DNA of 64,000 nucleotides from an uncultured Bordetella sp. Its GTDB lineage: Bacteria; Acidobacteriota; Terriglobia; Bryobacterales; Bryobacteraceae. The notes beneath the pieces were generated by a model. It saw only the letters and a list, made by a program, of their open reading frames with translations, ran no database searches and was not told where the DNA came from. The stretch spans positions 1,249 through 65,248 of the forward strand of contig CAZTKA010000001.1 of NCBI GenBank assembly GCA_964614015.1. The letters are read 5' to 3'. Both the position numbers and the translations under genes were made by a program. Positions 58,743 through 64,000 of the stretch are shown here, one piece after another; the first letter of the stretch is position 1; every line of letters begins with the position of its first letter.

Positions 58743-60404
58743 ATGCAACCTACCGAAGGCTTGAGCGTACCCCGCCGGCCGCTGGATGTCGAGGATTATA
58801 TCGACATCCTGCGGCGGCACAAGGGATGGATTTTGGGACCGTTTCTGCTGACTCTGGTGGCCAGCGTAGTGGGGGTTTATCTGTGGCCGGACCAGTACAA
58901 GTCGGAGGCCGTCATTCAAGTCAAACCGCAACAGGTTCCTCAAAATCTCGTGCAGTCAGTCGTGAATCAGGATCTGCTGGACCAGATCAACACGATGACG
59001 AACTACATCAAGAGCCGCTCCGTGTTGACCAGTATCATCCGGAACTTCGACCTGTACAAGCGGGATCTGGCGCGGCGTCCCCTGGAGGACGTCATTCAGA
59101 CCATGCAAAGCAACATCGTGGTAGCGCCGGTGACGCAGTCAGTGACCACGACAGGCGCCCGCAGCATCGCCGCGTTTTCGGTTTCCTTCAAGTACGAAAA
59201 CAAGTACGACGCGCAAAAAGTGGTGCAGGACCTGGTGGGGAAATTCCTGAGCCAGCACACGACCCTGCGCAGCGAATCGACGGTGCAGACACGGCAGTTG
59301 TTGCAGGATGAAGTGGACCGGGCACGGCTGGAACTGGAAGAGAAAGGCAACCGGCTGACGGCGTACCGGGCCGCCAACGCGGGCCGCTTGCCGGACCAGT
59401 TGAACTCGGCCACGCAGCAATTGCTCACCTTGCAGCAGAGCGTGAGCATGCTGCAAGCGTCGATCTCCCGAGCCAATTCGGAAAAGGATGTCGCCCAGAC
59501 CAACATCGAAGTGCTCCAAAGCCATCTCGAAGCGCTCCAGCGGGAGAAGGCCCCTGCGCCGGTGGAAACGGTAAGTCCGCGGCTGGCCGACGTGAATCGT
59601 GAGATCGAATCGCTGGAGAGATCCCTGCAACTGGCGCTGCAACGCTACACCGAAAAGAGCCCCGATGTCCGCGATCTGCGGAACCGCCTGGAGGTGCTCC
59701 GCCAGAACAAGGAGACGATTCTTGCCGAGGAGGCCGCCAAGAAGACCAATTCCGCCGAAGACGAGCCGGCGCTGCCGGCCAACGTGCGAAGGGAAATCGA
59801 GGAGACTAGGGCCCGCATTGTGTTGTTGCAGGCCCAGATCGCACAGAAGGAGAAAGAGATCGAGGACTACACCAACCAGTTCCGGGAGGCGCAGCGGAGA
59901 ATCGGCGGCTACGAGCAGCGGATCAGCGCCATTCCTGTTGCCGAACAAGAATACGCCTCTCTGCTGCGGGAAGAGGCCCTGGCTCGCGAGAAGTATCAGA
60001 ACCGCGTGGAAGCGTTGAACAAGGCCCAGATCGCAGCCGAAATGGAAGGGCGCAACCAGGGCGAATCGCTGGCGCTGCTGGATGCGGCGACGCTGCCCAA
60101 CGAAGTGGAGGAACCGAACCGGCCGCTTGTGATTTCAGTCGGCGCCGGGTTCGGGCTGCTGCTCGGAATCGTGATCGCGGGCGCCCGCGAGATGAAGGAC
60201 ACTTCGCTCAAGAATCTGAAGGATGTCCGCGTGTATACGCAGATGGCGATCCTGGGGAGTATTCCGCTGCTGGAAAACGACTTCGTCGTGCGCCGGCGCA
60301 GGCGTTTGGCGTGGCTGGGGTGGACAGTCGCCTGCCTGCTGGCCGGCTTGGTGATGGCCGGAGCGATCGTCTATTACTACCTGACGCTGCCGACCGTCGG
60401 ATAG
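58743..60404 (+). CDS. Polysaccharide chain-length determinant (Wzz/PCP, GumC/EpsF-like) without kinase domain
   Basis: N-terminal TM after DYIDILRRHKGWILGPFLL. Long coiled-coil periplasmic region. C-terminal TM (GAGFGLLLGIVIAGA...). Confidence 0.88.
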   Translation: MQPTEGLSVPRRPLDVEDYIDILRRHKGWILGPFLLTLVASVVGVYLWPDQYKSEAVIQVKPQQVPQNLVQSVVNQDLLDQINTMTNYIKSRSVLTSIIRNFDLYKRDLARRPLEDVIQTMQSNIVVAPVTQSVTTTGARSIAAFSVSFKYENKYDAQKVVQDLVGKFLSQHTTLRSESTVQTRQLLQDEVDRARLELEEKGNRLTAYRAANAGRLPDQLNSATQQLLTLQQSVSMLQASISRANSEKDVAQTNIEVLQSHLEALQREKAPAPVETVSPRLADVNREIESLERSLQLALQRYTEKSPDVRDLRNRLEVLRQNKETILAEEAAKKTNSAEDEPALPANVRREIEETRARIVLLQAQIAQKEKEIEDYTNQFREAQRRIGGYEQRISAIPVAEQEYASLLREEALAREKYQNRVEALNKAQIAAEMEGRNQGESLALLDAATLPNEVEEPNRPLVISVGAGFGLLLGIVIAGAREMKDTSLKNLKDVRVYTQMAILGSIPLLENDFVVRRRRRLAWLGWTVACLLAGLVMAGAIVYYYLTLPTVG

Positions 60405-60431
60405 AAACGGGGACAAAAGGGGGAAACCGGA

Positions 60432-61352
60432 GTGAGCCGAGTACACGACGCATTACGCCGCGCGGAGCGGACGGGTGTGTTCAGCAGCACACCGCGCCCG
60501 GCCGCAGAGCCCAGGGCCACCGCGGCGCTGATGGACTCGGGGCCGAATCTGTCCGGCCTGCTGGAGATGGTGCGGGAGATCCCCTTCCGGGCCAGTGCCG
60601 ACTCGCTGCTGATCGACGCGACGCGGCCGCATGAGGCTCCCATGGAGGAGTTCCGCACGCTGCGCACGCGGCTGAATCACATGAAGAGCCTGCAGCCGAT
60701 TCACAACGTGGTGGTGACCAGCGCTTCCCCGGCAGAAGGGAAATCGCTTTCAGCGGCCAACCTGGCGCTGGCGCAATCGCACCTGGCGGGGAACACGACG
60801 CTACTGGCCGATTTTGATTTCCGCCGCCCGATTGTGCACACGCTGTTCGGCATCGACCGGAGTCCTGGTATCACGGATTATTTAACCGGGAAATGCCAGC
60901 TCCACGAGGCGATGCGCAAAGTGGCCGGTATGGATTTGTACCTGATGCCGGCCGGCGAAGCGGTCATCAATCCCCTGGAGCTGCTGAATCTGCGCGAAGT
61001 GAAGCAGTTGCTGGACCGGCTGCCCTCGTTGTTTCAGTGGGTGATCATGGACACGCCGCCGCTGCTGTTCGCGGCCGACGCCAACCTGCTTTCGACGCTG
61101 AGCCACGGCACGCTGCTGGTGGTGCGGATCGGGCATACCACCATCGACTCGGTGACGCGCGCCATGCAGAGCCTGTGCAACAACAACGTGCTGGGAATCG
61201 TTGTGAACGGCGCGCGGCGCGGCGAGCTTTACAGCAAGTACACCTACTATCACTCCTACTACACGCCCAAAGAAGAGCCGGTGCCCGCGGCGGAGCCGGC
61301 CGGGGCCGATGCGGAGGCGGACAAGAAGACCGAGGAAGGAACCGGCTTGTAG
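60432..61352 (+). CDS. Bacterial tyrosine autokinase catalytic subunit (CpsD/EpsG-like)
   Basis: GTG start. Walker A VVVTSASPAEGKS, Walker A' LLADFDFRRP, Walker B VIMDTPP. C-terminal Tyr cluster YSKYTYYHSYYTP. Confidence 0.9.
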   Translation: MSRVHDALRRAERTGVFSSTPRPAAEPRATAALMDSGPNLSGLLEMVREIPFRASADSLLIDATRPHEAPMEEFRTLRTRLNHMKSLQPIHNVVVTSASPAEGKSLSAANLALAQSHLAGNTTLLADFDFRRPIVHTLFGIDRSPGITDYLTGKCQLHEAMRKVAGMDLYLMPAGEAVINPLELLNLREVKQLLDRLPSLFQWVIMDTPPLLFAADANLLSTLSHGTLLVVRIGHTTIDSVTRAMQSLCNNNVLGIVVNGARRGELYSKYTYYHSYYTPKEEPVPAAEPAGADAEADKKTEEGTGL

Positions 61353-61436
61353 GCGAGCGAATTTTCGCGCAACGACGCGCAGGCGCTCAGTGGATTCCAC
61401 GCCCTCAGGCTGACTCCGGGCTGCTGCATTCTTTCT

Positions 61437-63350
61437 TCAGGCGGGCTGTGGTCCGCCCTCGGGCAGGATGCTGGGCACGCGGGGAGGCACTTCCGGCTTG
61501 ATCACTTGCTGCGTGCCGTCGCCCGGAGGCTTGGCTGCCGGCGTGTGCAGCGCGGCAAGCGGGACGCCCTCGATCAACTGGCGCACTTCGCCGCCGTCCA
61601 GCACTTCGCGCTCGAGCAGCGCGAGGGCGATGCGCTCCAGCGCTTCCTTGCGCTCTTCGATGATCCTGCGCGCGCGGTCGTAGCCGGTCTGCACGAGTTT
61701 CTTGACCTGCTCATCGATGCGGATGGCGGTGGCTTCGCTGTAATCGCGATGCTGAGCGATTTCGCGGCCCAGGAAAATCTGCTCTTCGCGTTTCCCGAAG
61801 CTCAGGGGGCCGAGTTCACTCATGCCCCACTCGCAGACCATCTTGCGGGCCATGTCGGTGGCGCGCTCGATGTCGTTGCCCGCCCCGGTCGTGATGTGGT
61901 GCATGAAGATCTCTTCGGCGACGCGGCCGCCCATCAGGATGGCGAGCTGCGCTTCGAGATAGTCCTTGTTGTAGCTGTGCTTGTCATCGAGCGGAAGCTG
62001 CATCGTCAAGCCTAACGCCATGCCGCGCGGAATGATCGTGACCTTGTGCACGGGATCGGCGTGCGGGGTCAGCGCTGCCACCAGAGCATGTCCGGCTTCA
62101 TGGTAGGCGGTGTTTTTCTTCTCCTCCTCGCTGATGATCATGCTCTTGCGCTCGACGCCCATCATGACTTTGTCCTTGGCCAGCTCAAAGTCATACTGCG
62201 TGACCACCTTGCGATTCTGGCGCGCGGCAACCAGGGCCGCCTCGTTGACCAGATTGGCCAGATCGGCGCCCGCGAAACCGGGGGTCCCGCGCGCGATTAC
62301 GGCCAGGTCGACATCGTCGGCCAGGGGCGTCTTCTTGGTGTGGACCTTCAGGATTTGCTCGCGGCCCTTCACGTCGGGCCGGCTGACCACCACGCGCCGG
62401 TCGAAGCGTCCGGGGCGCAACAACGCCGGATCCAGCACGTCCGGACGGTTGGTCGCGGCCACCAGGATCACGCCTTCGTTGGATTCGAAGCCGTCCATTT
62501 CGACCAGCAACTGGTTGAGCGTTTGCTCGCGCTCATCGTGTCCGCCGCCGAGGCCCGCGCCGCGATGGCGGCCGACCGCGTCGATTTCGTCAATGAAGAT
62601 GATGCAGGGAGCATTCTTCTTGCCCTGCTCGAACAGGTCGCGCACGCGGCTCGCCCCCACGCCCACGAACATTTCCACAAAATCCGAACCGGAGATGGAG
62701 AAGAACGGCACGTTGGCTTCGCCCGCGATGGCGCGCGCCAGCAGCGTTTTGCCGGTGCCGGGAGATCCGATCAGCAGCACGCCCTTGGGAATGCGTCCGC
62801 CCAGTTTCTGGAATTTCTGCGGCTCGCGCAGGAATTCAATGATTTCCTGCAGCTCTTCCTTGGCTTCTTCGACGCCCGCGACGTCTTTGAATGTGACTTT
62901 CTTCTGCTGCGAGGAATGCAGCCGCGCGCGGCTCTTGCCAAAGCTCAGAGCCTTGTTTCCGCCGCTCTGCATCTGGCGGATCATGAAGAACCAGAAGCCC
63001 ACCACCAGCGCGATGGGGATCAGAGTGCTCATGACGTTCACCCAGTTGCCGCCGTTGTCTTCCTTCCAGGTGACCACCACACCGTGCTCGAGCATCAGCT
63101 TGGTGAAATCGTCGAACTGCGGAGGAATCGTGGAGGTGAACTTGTCGCCGTTCTTGTACTCGCCCTGAGCCTCGCCCGTGACGCGATTCACCGTCATCCT
63201 GGCGACCTTGTCTTGCTGGACATCGCGGTACAAGTCGGAGAACTGCGGTGAAGCGCCCCTCTCCTTCTGGCCGGTCAGCACAGTCCATCCGAGGACGAAC
63301 AAACACGCCACGATCAGCCACAGCACGGCGGTTCTGACGTTAGAATTCAT
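61437..63350 (-). CDS. ftsH: ATP-dependent zinc metalloprotease FtsH
   Basis: Two N-terminal TMs. AAA+ [18 protein letters not shown] and [12 protein letters not shown]. Zn site HEAGHAL. Confidence 0.97.
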   Translation of the reverse strand: MNSNVRTAVLWLIVACLFVLGWTVLTGQKERGASPQFSDLYRDVQQDKVARMTVNRVTGEAQGEYKNGDKFTSTIPPQFDDFTKLMLEHGVVVTWKEDNGGNWVNVMSTLIPIALVVGFWFFMIRQMQSGGNKALSFGKSRARLHSSQQKKVTFKDVAGVEEAKEELQEIIEFLREPQKFQKLGGRIPKGVLLIGSPGTGKTLLARAIAGEANVPFFSISGSDFVEMFVGVGASRVRDLFEQGKKNAPCIIFIDEIDAVGRHRGAGLGGGHDEREQTLNQLLVEMDGFESNEGVILVAATNRPDVLDPALLRPGRFDRRVVVSRPDVKGREQILKVHTKKTPLADDVDLAVIARGTPGFAGADLANLVNEAALVAARQNRKVVTQYDFELAKDKVMMGVERKSMIISEEEKKNTAYHEAGHALVAALTPHADPVHKVTIIPRGMALGLTMQLPLDDKHSYNKDYLEAQLAILMGGRVAEEIFMHHITTGAGNDIERATDMARKMVCEWGMSELGPLSFGKREEQIFLGREIAQHRDYSEATAIRIDEQVKKLVQTGYDRARRIIEERKEALERIALALLEREVLDGGEVRQLIEGVPLAALHTPAAKPPGDGTQQVIKPEVPPRVPSILPEGGPQPA

Positions 63351-63415
63351 GATCTGTCTCGACTATCCAGTGAAAACCCCTCAATTGTAAAGACGATCCC
63401 GGGGACAAAAAAGAT

Positions 63416-64000
63416 TCATTCCGCCTGTGTCTCCCGAATCCGCAAAGCGGGGCCATCTCCGCCAGCGACTTCCGCCGCCGGGCCAAACTGTTTCACCCAC
63501 AGGATCCTGCCGCCTCTCAATAGAATCGGCCATCCGGGCCGCCTCCAAGAGGGCACGCGCGCCTCTTGAAAAAGATCGCGGAGCTTCCGCACTCGCACCC
63601 GGCCCGCCGGCCGGTAGCGGTCTCCCGGCCTCCAACCGCGGAGTTCCAGCGCCTCCGCGCCCAGGTCCAAGTTTGGTTCCACTTTCAGCGTATCACAGGC
63701 CCCCGCCATGGAGGGCGCGGCTTGGGGCCGCTCAACCACTTCCAATTGAATCAAGGATTTGCCATCCGGGGAGGGATACACGCCGGGCGCTTTCACGTGC
63801 ACCGCCTTCACCTGCCCGGGGGCTGCGGATTTGGCGAAACGAATCCAGCCGAAGGACCGCTGGACGGCGAGACCCGGTAAGGTGACCTGGCCTTCTCCTT
63901 CGACGCGGGCCGCCAAGGCGAGCACTTGCTCGACGTGCTGGAATTCGACGCCCTCAAGCTTGCCACGCGCAAGCCGGATCGCCTGGCGCACGACGCGGCG
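63416..64000 (-). CDS. tilS: tRNA(Ile)-lysidine synthetase, C-terminal part (5' end beyond window)
   Basis: TilS C-terminal domain pattern LRGWRPGDRYRPAGRVRVRKLRDLFQEARVPSWRRPGWPILLRGGRILWV. The frame stays open to the window end. tilS upstream of ftsH is a conserved arrangement. Confidence 0.85.
   Translation of the reverse strand, partial: RRVVRQAIRLARGKLEGVEFQHVEQVLALAARVEGEGQVTLPGLAVQRSFGWIRFAKSAAPGQVKAVHVKAPGVYPSPDGKSLIQLEVVERPQAAPSMAGACDTLKVEPNLDLGAEALELRGWRPGDRYRPAGRVRVRKLRDLFQEARVPSWRRPGWPILLRGGRILWVKQFGPAAEVAGGDGPALRIRETQAE

Overview
High-GC chromosomal segment that looks acidobacterial. The evidence is a CarboxypepD_reg-type TonB receptor at the left edge, a TIGR03437/'Solibacter C-terminal'-like domain on a secreted dehydrogenase, and many signal-peptide and TPR proteins. 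I call about 62 protein genes and see no rRNA, tRNA, CRISPR array, transposase or integrase. Most of the window is tightly packed housekeeping: recA, htrA-like, rfaE2, mfd, rph-rdgB, a DUF2905-polX-Nudix operon, gdh, mutS-anmK, yebC-ruvC, deoB, pruA, rnc, rpsA-ihfB, scpA-scpB-rluB-bcp-thiE, and tilS-ftsH. Many adjacent genes, often functionally unrelated, overlap by 1-11 nt. The accessory-looking parts are: (1) 29.9-34.1 kb, five consecutive secreted proteins of unknown function; (2) a third copy of the same secreted family at 56.9-57.8 kb, coupled to an amidohydrolase lipoprotein; (3) a quinoprotein/cytochrome c island at 45.9-49.9 kb; (4) a PLP decarboxylase coupled to a secreted heme protein at 49.9-52.0 kb; (5) an Hfq-like gene coupled to a secreted PQQ-type sugar dehydrogenase; (6) a Wza / split-Wzc export module; (7) a methyltransferase-methyltransferase-flippase islet. 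The best candidate for an undescribed system is the operon at 29986-32266. It holds two paralogues of that secreted family plus a small protein whose predicted mature N-terminus is His-His. All family assignments come from motif recognition by eye, and no searches were run. The many long ORFs lying antisense to or out of frame with these genes are treated as high-GC artefacts.
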